A program made the translations under genes and the position numbers. From Leptospira sp. (GTDB lineage Bacteria; Spirochaetota; Leptospiria; Leptospirales; Leptospiraceae): a DNA stretch of 64,000 nt. The notes under the pieces were generated by a model. That model was given only the letters and a program-made list of their open reading frames with translations, was not told the DNA's origin and ran no database searches. The stretch is taken from the NCBI GenBank assembly GCA_034439575.1, contig JAWXAQ010000008.1:160001-224000 (forward strand). Direction: 5' to 3'. Of this stretch, positions 29,613 through 39,614 are shown in pieces; position 1 is the stretch's first letter, and every line of letters begins with the position of its first letter.

Positions 29613-30878
29613 CTAGCGACCCAAGATGAAAACGTAGTTAGTCGTTGCCGAACCACCAATGTTTAACATCAGTCCGTTCTTTGCACCTTTCACTTGGTAA
29701 CCACCTGCATTGCCAGTCACTTGTCTGTGAAGGTCGAGCATCATACGAACCCCAGATGCACCCACGGGGTGGCCCACACCAATTAAACCTCCAGATGGAT
29801 TGACTGGTTTTTTTCCTTTCAGATCAATCGTTCCATCCGCAATCGCAATGTGTTCTTTTCCTGGTTCAGAAATTCCAAACGCAGAAATCGCCGCATATTC
29901 CGAAGACGTGAAACAATCGTGTGTTTCAAAAACATCAATGTCTTTCACATCCATTCCCGCACGTTTGTATGCATCTTTGACTGTCTGTCTTGTCCAAGGT
30001 AGAATGTATTTGTCACCGACGGATTCGTTTTTCTTAGCTTCAAATGTAATTGGTGCTACACGGTGTCCCCAACCTTTGACGCGAGGGATGTCACCAAATG
30101 ATTTTCCATGACGTTTTGCATATGACTTCGCATAACTTTTAGAAGCGAGGACAGTCACTGCGGCACCATCTGTTACTTGAGAACAATCAGTAATACAAAG
30201 CCTTCCACCGACTGCCATGTTATTGTCTCCACCACGTGCCATCGCATGTTCTTTGTTCATAAACCAAGAACGAGTTTGGGATTTTGGATTGAGTTTTGCA
30301 TTAGCATAATTGATTCGAGAAATTTCGGCAAGAGCATCCATAAAGGTCTCTTCTTTCAGCTTGTATCTCTCAAGTATAACGTCTGCTAATTTTCCGAAAA
30401 GTTTCGGGAATGGGAATTGGACACCTTTTGCTTCTTTTTCGTAATATGCGGCAGTTCCAAGAAAGTCGCCACCCACAGCCGAAGAAACAGTTTTCATCAC
30501 TTCGATGCCGAGTACGATCGCAAGATCATAATCTTCTGCTCGGATATGAGTGATCGCTGCATCGAGTGCCACAGAACCTGAGGCACAAGCCGCTTCATAA
30601 CGTGCACCAGGCACGCCAAAAAAAGCAGGATCTACTTCTGTAAGAAAGGCACCCAAGTGGCCTTGGTTTGTGTATTGTTCCGCATCAAAGTTTCCAACGA
30701 AAACCGCGACACGATTTTCTTTGTTTAGTTTTTTGATTTCATCATAATCAATGCCTGTTTTTTCCAAAGCATCTTGGATGACTTCACGCATCATGGACAT
30801 GAAGGATTTTCCTTCTTTGGACCAATTTCTTTGAAAGTCTGTTTGTTCTCCGCCGAGAACGTATACTTTTTCACTCAT
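29613..30878 (-). CDS. Acetyl-CoA acetyltransferase (SCP2-type thiolase)
   Basis: [38 protein letters not shown]-terminal NIGG in place of the second Cys. Confidence 0.92.
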   Translation of the reverse strand: MSEKVYVLGGEQTDFQRNWSKEGKSFMSMMREVIQDALEKTGIDYDEIKKLNKENRVAVFVGNFDAEQYTNQGHLGAFLTEVDPAFFGVPGARYEAACASGSVALDAAITHIRAEDYDLAIVLGIEVMKTVSSAVGGDFLGTAAYYEKEAKGVQFPFPKLFGKLADVILERYKLKEETFMDALAEISRINYANAKLNPKSQTRSWFMNKEHAMARGGDNNMAVGGRLCITDCSQVTDGAAVTVLASKSYAKSYAKRHGKSFGDIPRVKGWGHRVAPITFEAKKNESVGDKYILPWTRQTVKDAYKRAGMDVKDIDVFETHDCFTSSEYAAISAFGISEPGKEHIAIADGTIDLKGKKPVNPSGGLIGVGHPVGASGVRMMLDLHRQVTGNAGGYQVKGAKNGLMLNIGGSATTNYVFILGR

Positions 30879-30892
30879 AATAGTCTCCTTGA

Positions 30893-32203
30893 TTAACCTT
30901 TGAAAAGAGAGCGCGCATCTAATTTGTCGCCTAACTCATAAAACTTCTTGTTTGGTTTCGCATCGGCGAGAATTTTTGGAACGGGAAGTTTTGCCGCTTC
31001 GATTAATTTGATGGTATCTTTCGGGCCACCAAGGAAATCAACGAATGCAGATGCAGGTACCCAATTAAATCCAAATCCCATGGCACCATCAGTATTTTCT
31101 TTTGTTTCTACAACTTCACCTACAAGTGAAAGTGAATAACTGATATAACGACTGATAAAGTAGCGAGCCAGGTCAGCTTCAAATCCGCTAGCAGATTTTA
31201 CGATGTCCATAGCTCCTTTGTAATTTGATTCTTTAATATTTGCTCTTGCTTCTTTGATAAAAGGAATATCAAATTTTGGGTACGGATCGTACGATCCAGT
31301 TTTGATATTATAAACAAACTTCTCTCTTTTTCCATCGGCAGTTTTTGTGACTTTTGTCAATCCGCCACCAGATTTCATACCGAGTTTGCCTTCATCGATC
31401 AACTTTTGCATGTAAGATGGGAGTTTGAATGTTTCATGAGCTGCGTCTTTTGTATTATCGTAAATATTATCTACGATGGCTTTATGGACATCAAGTCCCA
31501 CAAAATCGGCAGTCGCAAGAGGGGACATCGCCCGACCTGTGTAACCAGACATGATTTCATCTAAAAGTGCAATGCCACCTTTGTCCGCATATTTTTCTGC
31601 GAATTGGCCACATTCGTTCATCAACTGAAATCCGATTCTGTTTCCAGCAAATGCTGGTGTGTCATTTGTATAAACGACAGCACGACCGAGGACTTTGTCC
31701 AAATATTCACCCAGTGTTGCTGTAACTTTTTTATCGTTACCTGCGTGAGTGACTAGTTCACACAAAATCATTTTATAAGGAGGATTAAAAAAGTGAGTTC
31801 CGTAATAATGTTTTTGGCCATCGGCATCAAACGCCTTGGCTAGACGAGCTATAGAAAGACCAGAAGAAACGGTGGAAACAATAGTTCCTGGTCGTCTAGC
31901 TTTCGCTATACGGGCATTAATCGGTTCTTTGACTTCGTAACTTTCTGCTACCAACTCAAAAACCCAATCAGAATCAGCGACAGCTTTTTCCAAATCGGCA
32001 TCATAAGAGCCTGGAACCATTCTGCCACGAATTGTATCTGTTTTTACCGAACCGACTGCGGCTTCGATCCCTTGTTTTGCCTTTTCTACATCGCGTGCGA
32101 GCATATGGACTTTAGCTCCACCGAAAGCGGCGATAACGCCTGCACTTCCGGCTCCCATCGCGCCATTGGCACCTAAAATCGTGACTGTTTTGATTTCTCT
32201 CAT
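30893..32203 (-). CDS. 3-hydroxyacyl-CoA dehydrogenase family protein
   Basis: [40 protein letters not shown]; operon with the thiolase. Confidence 0.9.
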   Translation of the reverse strand: MREIKTVTILGANGAMGAGSAGVIAAFGGAKVHMLARDVEKAKQGIEAAVGSVKTDTIRGRMVPGSYDADLEKAVADSDWVFELVAESYEVKEPINARIAKARRPGTIVSTVSSGLSIARLAKAFDADGQKHYYGTHFFNPPYKMILCELVTHAGNDKKVTATLGEYLDKVLGRAVVYTNDTPAFAGNRIGFQLMNECGQFAEKYADKGGIALLDEIMSGYTGRAMSPLATADFVGLDVHKAIVDNIYDNTKDAAHETFKLPSYMQKLIDEGKLGMKSGGGLTKVTKTADGKREKFVYNIKTGSYDPYPKFDIPFIKEARANIKESNYKGAMDIVKSASGFEADLARYFISRYISYSLSLVGEVVETKENTDGAMGFGFNWVPASAFVDFLGGPKDTIKLIEAAKLPVPKILADAKPNKKFYELGDKLDARSLFKG

Positions 32204-32312
32204 GTGAGTTGGTTTCCGAATCTATTTTTACTTACCGTTTTAGAAAAGGAAGGGGCTAGGAAAATGATTTTTTTTGTCATTTTTGTTACAATGTGAGGAG
32301 CCAAAAGAAGAT

Positions 32313-32366
32313 CGCGATCTAGGTATCCCCGCCCTGCCTGTGTGGGGAACTAGACCCGCCGCCCAA
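32313..32366 (+). repeat. GC-rich structured intergenic repeat (REP/MITE-like), copy A
   Basis: Imperfect hairpin CTAGGTATCCCCGC...GTGGGGAACTAG (32319-32353) ending CGCCCAA; a GC island in an AT-rich spacer. Confidence 0.6.
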
Positions 32367-32559
32367 TGCTTTCTCCATATCACGGCAGGATATTTTTCTC
32401 GAGCAGGATTTTCAAAATTCAAAATTTTCTTCTTCTAAGTTCGGGATTTTTCCTAATCAGAATTTTGGTTCTTATGGGCCAGCTCTCTTCGGGAAACTAT
32501 AGAAATTTTATAACATTCCTCGAAAGTGAGAAAATTCTAAATTTCGAGGATTTCCACTT

Positions 32560-32955
32560 TCATTTCAGTCGGACCAAAACTCCTTTGCGTTTCACAATAT
32601 TCTTATAGTCCCATTGTATCTCTCTGGCTTTCGTTAACCAACGTTTTAGATCTTTGGTTTTGATTTGTTCAGCGTTCGTATATGTAATGGATGCATCTTT
32701 GAACTTCGCTTCTTTACTAGGAACTAGAAATTCTTCCTCAAAACTCGCGCCACTCCAAAACATTAATCTTAGACCTGCCTTCAATTTGCTATAACCCACG
32801 ATAGGATTTCCATCCAAGAACCAAACAGGATGTCCATGCCAAATTTTATTCTCTGCTTCTTTTAAATTTTTGCAGATCGCATCATATAACAGATCGCATA
32901 TGAGTATATCGTCAATAGATTGTTTGTCGTGATATTTTTTAATGTCTTTATTCAT
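32560..32955 (-). CDS. DUF1801 domain protein
   Basis: KIWHGHPVWFLDGNPIVGYS, LMFWSG, WDYKNIVKRKG. Confidence 0.85.
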   Translation of the reverse strand: MNKDIKKYHDKQSIDDILICDLLYDAICKNLKEAENKIWHGHPVWFLDGNPIVGYSKLKAGLRLMFWSGASFEEEFLVPSKEAKFKDASITYTNAEQIKTKDLKRWLTKAREIQWDYKNIVKRKGVLVRLK

Positions 32956-33017
32956 AGGATAAATGAAACCAAAATATAAAGCATAGAAATCGTTTTCCCA
33001 AAAGCAATCTTAAAAAT

Positions 33018-33103
33018 TTGGGCGTCCGGGCCGGCTCACTCCGGGGTGCGCTGTCGCTCCCGTCTGCCCTTGGCAGACCTAAGCCCTACGGATCCGTGAC
33101 GCA
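33018..33103 (-). repeat. GC-rich structured intergenic repeat (REP/MITE-like), copy B
   Basis: Minus strand reads TGCGTCACGGATCCGT...GTCTGCC-AAG-GGCAGAC-GGGAGCGACAGCGC...GGACGCCCAA; internal hairpin 33062-33078 and palindrome 33088-33097. Confidence 0.7.
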
Positions 33104-33123
33104 AAAAAATCATTTTATTTTCC

Positions 33124-33152
33124 TTGACAATAGTTTCTTAGGAAACTATATT
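33124..33152 (+). promoter_or_regulatory. Sigma70 promoter with overlapping palindromic MarR operator
   Basis: TTGACA (33124-29)-N17-TATATT (33147-52); inverted repeat ATAGTTTC-TTAG-GAAACTAT (33130-33149) lies between and over the boxes. Confidence 0.8.
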
Positions 33153-33169
33153 GGGTTTCGGTTTGATTT

Positions 33170-33643
33170 ATGAAAAAAAATTCGGCACTAAATAAAGTGA
33201 GCCATCTAAAATCTCATATTGGTTATCACCTAAGGGTCGTTTCAAATGCTGTCTCTCATTCATTTGCGAGAAAATTAGCTACGACAGATGTTACGGTAGC
33301 AGAATGGGTTATTCTTAGAGAGATGTTTTCCAATGATGAAAAAACTTCACCGAGTTTCATTGCTGAGATTACTGGCCTTAGTCGTGGGGCTGTTTCAAAA
33401 TTGATAGATAGATTGCTTCACAAAGATCTTGTTACACGGATTGAGTCCGATGGGGATCGCCGGTACCAAGAGATCAACTTAACTCCGAATGCTCGCAAAT
33501 TGATTCCAAAGTTAGCAATGATAGCTGATGAAAATGATGAAAATTATTTTTCAGTTCTTACGGAATCAGAGCGAAAAAATATAATAAAATTACTCATTAA
33601 ACTTACAGAAGTTCATAAACTTAAAACAAACCCTATAGAATAA
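33170..33643 (+). CDS. MarR-family transcriptional regulator
   Basis: VTVAEWVIL, SPSFIAEITGLSRGAVSKLIDRL, DGDRRYQEINLT. Confidence 0.92.
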   Translation: MKKNSALNKVSHLKSHIGYHLRVVSNAVSHSFARKLATTDVTVAEWVILREMFSNDEKTSPSFIAEITGLSRGAVSKLIDRLLHKDLVTRIESDGDRRYQEINLTPNARKLIPKLAMIADENDENYFSVLTESERKNIIKLLIKLTEVHKLKTNPIE

Positions 33644-33655
33644 GAGGAAATTCAA

Positions 33656-34072
33656 ATGAATCAGATCACGGAACAATTATTAAATGCACAAAAATTCGCC
33701 ATGTCCATACGCCCAAAAATTGGTGGGTTCCCTGTGCTCGCTGAAGTCCTTCGCCAAGCAGGCGTTCTAAGAAATGTGTGGTCATTGCCCTCTTGTCAGT
33801 CAGTATACGTTATGAAGGAAGGAAGCGTGGTACAACAAGGAAATCCACTTGTCACAGGAACCCATGAAATACCAAAATTCAGGCAAGAAGCTTTAATTAC
33901 TGCACTCAGAACTGACCAGGAAGGTGGAAGTACATTTCCAGAATTTTTACAATCCGCATGGAATGCTGGCGTCATTGGATACAATGCAGACTTTGTGAAT
34001 CGAATTGTGAATTACTACGGCGCCAATGGAGAAAGTTACTTAGAAGAATACCCGCTGGTAAAAGTGAATTGA
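33656..34072 (+). CDS. DUF1398 family protein
   Basis: GFPVLAEVLRQAGV, LRTDQEGGSTFPEFL, AGVIGY...VNYYG; SD GAGG. Confidence 0.8.
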   Translation: MNQITEQLLNAQKFAMSIRPKIGGFPVLAEVLRQAGVLRNVWSLPSCQSVYVMKEGSVVQQGNPLVTGTHEIPKFRQEALITALRTDQEGGSTFPEFLQSAWNAGVIGYNADFVNRIVNYYGANGESYLEEYPLVKVN

Positions 34073-34122
34073 AACATTCATTCTTTATAAAATTTGAAAA
34101 CTTTAAAAAAAATTATTTTGAT

Positions 34123-35172
34123 TTAAGGATCTTGCTTATCAAAAGCTTTTTGGAAAAAAAACGAAAATGATGACACTAATTTCGGAACTTCTAATAAAGT
34201 TTTTAAATTAAATCCAGTATCACCATGAGATATTAAAGTTGTTATACAAAGTTTACAATCAACACCATGTTCATTTAGTTTGTCATATAACTTAGATGAT
34301 TCGTTAGCTGGGACAACATCATCCTTTGTTCCATGAATTAGCAATATCGGGGTATTCAATTTATGGATATGATTCATTACCGATAAAGCTGACAGTAAAA
34401 TACGATTTTTTCCACCTTTACGTAAAATTGTATTCCAGTGTTTCATTCTAAATTCAGTATCATATTTTAATTTATTGAAAAAGTCCTTATCAGCTTTTTT
34501 CATTTTCGAATAATGGGGTTCAAGTAGATTGTCTTTGTATTTGAAATAATTATCCAAAATAGCTAGTTTTAATGCTTTGAATAAATTTTCATTTTTGCCT
34601 ATAGAAATAGGTAAAAAGTTGAGAAGTAATATCATTCTTCCGTACTCATCCATTTTTTGGTTAGAAAATAAATTTCCAATGATGTCTTCCACATTTCCAT
34701 AAGCGCCGATTGTACATATGGAATTGATTTTATTTGAAATATTATCATCACTGGCAGCAATAAGACTTAAAGATCCTGAAAACGATGGAGCGAAAATAGA
34801 AACTTTGCCAGATCGACTAAATTCTTTTTTGTTAGCGATGTACAGTATAGAGTTTTTAATATCGTCTACATTGCGAAGGGAAATTTTATAATCACAAATT
34901 TCATCATAATAAGGACTTATTACCGTATAACCAAGATTACAAAGACTTTTGTTAACAATTATAAATCTAGGATCACGATTACCTAATGGTGCAAGACCAT
35001 TGATCGTTACTATGGTACCTAGAGAATTTGTTTTTGGTGAATAATAATCTGCCCGAAGTGAGCGATTTTTGATCGGAATTTGAATTTCGCGAATTCCAAA
35101 TATTGAATCGTTCTTACTTTGAAGCCCGATTAAGAATTTTATGGATTTAATCCATGAGGTTACTGTATTCAT
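34123..35172 (-). CDS. Alpha/beta hydrolase
   Basis: Nucleophile elbow variant APSFSG, LLIHGTKDDVVP, ISHGD. Confidence 0.75.
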   Translation of the reverse strand: MNTVTSWIKSIKFLIGLQSKNDSIFGIREIQIPIKNRSLRADYYSPKTNSLGTIVTINGLAPLGNRDPRFIIVNKSLCNLGYTVISPYYDEICDYKISLRNVDDIKNSILYIANKKEFSRSGKVSIFAPSFSGSLSLIAASDDNISNKINSICTIGAYGNVEDIIGNLFSNQKMDEYGRMILLLNFLPISIGKNENLFKALKLAILDNYFKYKDNLLEPHYSKMKKADKDFFNKLKYDTEFRMKHWNTILRKGGKNRILLSALSVMNHIHKLNTPILLIHGTKDDVVPANESSKLYDKLNEHGVDCKLCITTLISHGDTGFNLKTLLEVPKLVSSFSFFFQKAFDKQDP

Positions 35173-35705
35173 TTATATAATCAGTTTATTTGGAAAAAAA
35201 TTATCCTAAGCAGTTGATGTAGCATTCAAAGAATTAAATATGTTATGTGAGATCTGAGCTATCGGCCTACTTTTAAAATAATTTGTAAACTATCTTTTTA
35301 TCTCAAATATATGATAAAATTTTTAGTAATATTACAATTTGATTCGAATTGCCTTGAGTGGTTTATGAATGATAATGTAACTAAGTTTCAGAAAATCAAA
35401 ATTATATGTTATGAGAACAATAGGTGTTCATTTTAACAGACTAAAAAAAAATTAAAAATTTGCTTCTTATCAATTTGGCACTAATAGTAAGATTCAAGTA
35501 TTTAATAGATTAAAGTAAAAAAGTATAGCAAGGGATTCGGAGCTAGTGAACATAAAAATAAAGAGGTTATACAAAATTAAAGCTCAAAAATACTTAAGTC
35601 TTAAAAAACTACGTTGAAGCAATCTGAACGATATTAAAATTAAATTAAAATTTCTAAATTATTTTATATTGAATTTTATTATTTGGTTTCGTTGTGTTTT
35701 GTCCA

Positions 35706-35843
35706 TGCGCCAGCGATCGAAGCGAAAATCCTTTGCCTACCTAAAACATGCAAACGATTTATAAAACATGGCAAAGATTGTAGCGGAGAGCGCGGTAGTT
35801 TTGATAATTAAATGTCCAAAATGTATCCAATGCTAGGCGCCAA
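35706..35843 (+). repeat. Structured intergenic repeat (REP/MITE-like), copy C
   Basis: TGCGCCAGCGATCG...AATCCTTTGCC-(loop)-GGCAAAGATT-GTAGCGGAGAGCGC...AATGCTAGGCGCCAA; same termini and AGCG-N-AGCGC core as copy B. Confidence 0.65.
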
Positions 35844-36197
35844 TCATAGTATCAGCTTTAGAAATCTAACCAGTTCAATTAAGATAAACTCAGATAAAAT
35901 TATACAAATCTAGGCAAAAATGTCCCCATTTTTGGATCTTCTGGATCTATAACAGAGGGATTGGGACTGGCATTTGATACAAACAATACTCTAAATGTAA
36001 ATTAAAGTTTAATGGGCATATAGGTGGTATGAAAAATCCTGTGAAACCAAATTTTGCTCATTCAATCGTTCGATTTGTAAAGTGAAGATTCGTAAAATTA
36101 TAATACCGTGAATTTATAAAACATGGTTCAATTTATTTCATGATTTAAATAAAAATTAATAGACTAAAATTGAAATCTTTAATAGATTAAGCGTCCT

Positions 36198-37728
36198 TTG
36201 TATAAGAACAAACCTGTTTATCTTCAGTTAGAATTCCAAACATTGGTTTATTTCTTGCGTAGATTCACTAGAAAATCTTCGGTTTTATTAGCTATTATCT
36301 TTTGTTTCCAATTTTGCCAGCAGAGTTTTGGCCGAGAGGAATTGGATCCAAACATACCAATTGGTATGACCTTGCATTTGTTGCCTTTTTTATTACCAGT
36401 TCCGACCGAAAGCAATACTAAAGAATTTCATTATTTTTATGTTCCTAATAGTGTTTCGTATGGTGTCATCGCGGGTCTCAATGTAAATGTCACAACTCCT
36501 TTTGGAACTAATCGTAGTGCGCTCATGCCACATTTTTTACATTCTGGGAAAGATATTTCCAAAAATGGAGTCACACAGATTTCTGGAGAAACGAAAAATG
36601 ATTTTACATCAACTAACGCATATTTAATAACAGCAGAAAATCAATCGACAAAAACCTACCAAGTAACAATCACAAACGGTCTTTCTACATCGAAAGCTTT
36701 GACAAATTTCCAATTTGACACTCTAGTTACTCGTGGAGTATTCATTGGAACAACTTTCGTTATGAACGTTCCCTATGGATCAGATCTATCAAACCTATCT
36801 CAATAAAGACGTTTCTTCTCTTTCACCGATTGTGTCCCATCTCGGTCGATCGGTTCGGATCAACAATCAAAATCATGTGAATGATGTGTCAATGTATGAT
36901 TTTAGAAACCAATTGGAATTGGTGATCGAATCCTATGATGGAAATACTAGAACGTATTCCGTACGTGCAGGCACTTGGTGTGTTGATACGATAATAGGTG
37001 GAGCATATTCTGGCAAACCTTACCGGACTTATTTTCCTATGGGAAATGGATCGGGACAATATAATTTTTACCATTGGACATCTTCACGGTTTGTAGTGGG
37101 CGCTACATTGGCTTACGCCATATGGGGAACCACCCCAAAACCATCTGAAAAACTATCGGATATAGAAGTCGAAAGTGTAAAAAATATACTATTGGAATTG
37201 GAACAAGAAGAAAAAGATTCACAAAACAAATCAGAAATGTTACATGACCTGACTTTTCCTGGATGGGGACATTTATAAAGAATGGAACCAGCGTTTGGTT
37301 ATATTTATGGAGGATTATTTCTGGGTTCTATTGCCGGCATAACACAGTGAACGCTACATTAAAATAGTATGAATTCCGAATATAAAGACACAGTCACTCT
37401 AATGACTCAATCAGCTTTCCTATTAAATCCTACATTAGATAGAAATATAAGTTTAAATCATTTGGTGTTATCTACATATTTAGTAGATCAAAAGTTTGAT
37501 GAAAAAAGAAATGCCGAGCGGCAACAAATAAACGCGATCTCGTTTGTTACGGCGATTTATTTGATTCAAATCCTTCACCTTTATTTTTTTCCTGGTAAAG
37601 AAGAAGCCTTAGAAAAAATTACTAGTGAAGGGTATAACAGACTTAATTTCTCCTTCCAAAGTGAGACTTTACGTACAACTCGGGAATTGAATTCACAGGC
37701 CGATATGAAATACGTCTTGGTTTTTTAA
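36198..37728 (+). pseudogene. Degraded mosaic surface-protein locus (Ig/cadherin-like repeats, DUF1566-like fragment, PGWG-type outer-membrane domain)
   Basis: A repeat unit (V..PFGT...NDFT...ITAENQSTKTYQVTI; VPYGSDLS; YDF...IESYDGNTRTYSV) is broken by a frame change near 36790-36810. Downstream, FPGWGHL*RMEPAFGYIYGGLFLGSIAGITQ*TLH*NSMNSEY continues in one frame through stops at 37276, 37348 and 37360. Confidence 0.75.
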
Positions 37729-37773
37729 TAAAATATTAAAACTCATTTTCTTTAAATTCTTTGGATGTTAAAT

Positions 37774-39054
37774 CTATTTGGATGTTTTACTTTCAAGAAA
37801 ATATGTCATCATAGGACCTTTGCCTTTAATTTCGATGCGTCCCCTTTCTGTAAAAATATAATTACCTTTTAACAAATTATATGTGATCTCTGAAACTTGA
37901 ATTTTCCCGGGTAGGCTATGTGATTCCATTCTGCTTGCTATGTTGACAGTGTTGCCCCATACATCATAACTAAATTTCGATATTCCGATAACGCCTGCTA
38001 TAGCAGGACCAGAATGAATTCCAATTCTCAGATCAAGTTTGTGAATATTATTTTCATTAAATTTGTGAATAGTTTGGATCATTTCAAGTGCAAAATTTGC
38101 AATCTTAATTGCATGGTCCTTAGTTGCAATTGGTAATCCTCCAGCTATCATATAAGCATCACCAATGGTTTTTATTTTTTCTAATTCGTACTTTTGAATG
38201 AGTAAATCAAATTCAGAGAAAATTTGATTTAAAAAAGTCACTAGTTCAACGGGATTCATTTTTTCTGAAAGTGGTGTGAAGCCAACTATATCAGCAAACA
38301 AAATAGTAATTTCAGAAAATCCATCAGCAATAGCATTTCTACTCAATTTAAGTCTATCAGCTATAGGCACTGGTAAAATATTGTGAAGTAGATTTTCGCT
38401 TTTCTTTTTCTCATCGTCTAACTTCTTCTTTTCGTCCTCAAGTGCCAGTTCGGCCTTTCTATAATTGGATGCGATATAATAAAAAAATCCTAAAATAAAA
38501 ATCATTAATCCAATGTTATTATTTAACCTGGATAGAAAATTAAACTCATCAGGAAACTTAACGAAGCCTGGGTGAACGGAAAACCAAAATTCGAAAAATA
38601 TGAAAGTAAGAGAAACTAAAATTTGGATGATATATTGATAGATTTTTTCATGAATATCAAAATAAAAATAACTAACGGCGATGATTGCTAATAAAAACAA
38701 ATGGAAATTTTGTTCTGTACCGAGAATTAATGAAGTTATCGAAATATTAAACCAAGCGGCTAGAAGCCCATACATTTTAGCAGTTAAGTATGATCTCTTA
38801 TAATTAAAATAAAATAATGGAAAATATAAAGTAAGACCCAGACTTAAGGTTACAAGTAATGGAAATGTTTGTGGTAAGTATAATATTATAATTGGATAAA
38901 AATTTAAACCGGTAAGGATAGTGATTAAATTTATTCCATTAGTTAGGCGAATTGTTTTGATTTGAAGAGTTTCGAGTTTTGCGTGAACTCCGATGTTTAT
39001 AATTTTATTCCAAAAATGGATCATTTTCGTAATCTCTAGATTTGAATTAACCAA
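37774..39054 (-). CDS. Membrane adenylate/guanylate cyclase
   Basis: About 6 TMs; SENLLHNILP, LFADIVGFT, EKIKTIGDAYM, RIGIHSG, YDVWGNTVNIASRMES. Confidence 0.93.
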   Translation of the reverse strand: MVNSNLEITKMIHFWNKIINIGVHAKLETLQIKTIRLTNGINLITILTGLNFYPIIILYLPQTFPLLVTLSLGLTLYFPLFYFNYKRSYLTAKMYGLLAAWFNISITSLILGTEQNFHLFLLAIIAVSYFYFDIHEKIYQYIIQILVSLTFIFFEFWFSVHPGFVKFPDEFNFLSRLNNNIGLMIFILGFFYYIASNYRKAELALEDEKKKLDDEKKKSENLLHNILPVPIADRLKLSRNAIADGFSEITILFADIVGFTPLSEKMNPVELVTFLNQIFSEFDLLIQKYELEKIKTIGDAYMIAGGLPIATKDHAIKIANFALEMIQTIHKFNENNIHKLDLRIGIHSGPAIAGVIGISKFSYDVWGNTVNIASRMESHSLPGKIQVSEITYNLLKGNYIFTERGRIEIKGKGPMMTYFLESKTSK

Positions 39055-39093
39055 GCAATAATTATTCTATTCAATTCCTTCCAATTTGAAATA

Positions 39094-39594
39094 TTGAAAC
39101 AAGTGAATGTCCAAGAATTAAAGAAAAATCTATATGATCGATTAGATCTCCATATTACCAAATATATCGAAGATTCAGAAAGCATGGATTATAAAGCCGT
39201 TTCTTTCCATTTGAATGAATTATCCATCATTTCGCGTAACTCTAAAATCACGCCGAAAAAAATCGGACAATTTGTGACTTTATGGAAGCGAAACTCGGAT
39301 GGTATTATCATTCCATTCGGCTATAACGATAAATTTGATATAGTTTTAATAAATACTAAGAAGGGAAATTCAATCGGGCAATTTGTATTTCCAAAAAGCA
39401 TTTTAATTAAACAAGGTATACTCTCTGATCAAAACCAAAAAGGAAAGCTTGGATTTAGAATTTATTTACCTTCAGATAAACCAACTAATAAACAAGCATT
39501 GAAAACGAGAAATTGGATGAGCGAATATTTCATCGAGATTGATCTTGAAGGGTTTACACACCTTGCGAGTATTCGGCGGTTATATGGTCTATGA
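39094..39594 (+). CDS. MepB family protein
   Basis: RNSKITPKKIGQFVTLWKR, GQFVFPK, KGKLGFRIY, NKQALKT. Confidence 0.85.
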   Translation: MKQVNVQELKKNLYDRLDLHITKYIEDSESMDYKAVSFHLNELSIISRNSKITPKKIGQFVTLWKRNSDGIIIPFGYNDKFDIVLINTKKGNSIGQFVFPKSILIKQGILSDQNQKGKLGFRIYLPSDKPTNKQALKTRNWMSEYFIEIDLEGFTHLASIRRLYGL

Positions 39595-39614
39595 ATTGGT
39601 TGAAACAAATTATC

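Noticed and set aside
32240-32608. Short ORFs 32240..32422 and 32366..32608
   Set aside because: They overlap the intergenic repeat and promoter region, with no motif or convincing RBS.
33018-33103. GC-rich 86-nt segment as a tRNA or known riboswitch
   Set aside because: No cloverleaf, TTC loop or CCA end; better explained as a member of the repeat family.
36975-37125. DUF1566-like fragment as a diversity-generating retroelement target
   Set aside because: No reverse transcriptase and no template-repeat copy found in the window; the fragment lies in a pseudogene.
37276-37362. In-frame stops as selenocysteine or recoding sites
   Set aside because: Two of the three stops are TAA, no SECIS-like hairpin was seen, and all other genes use the standard code.
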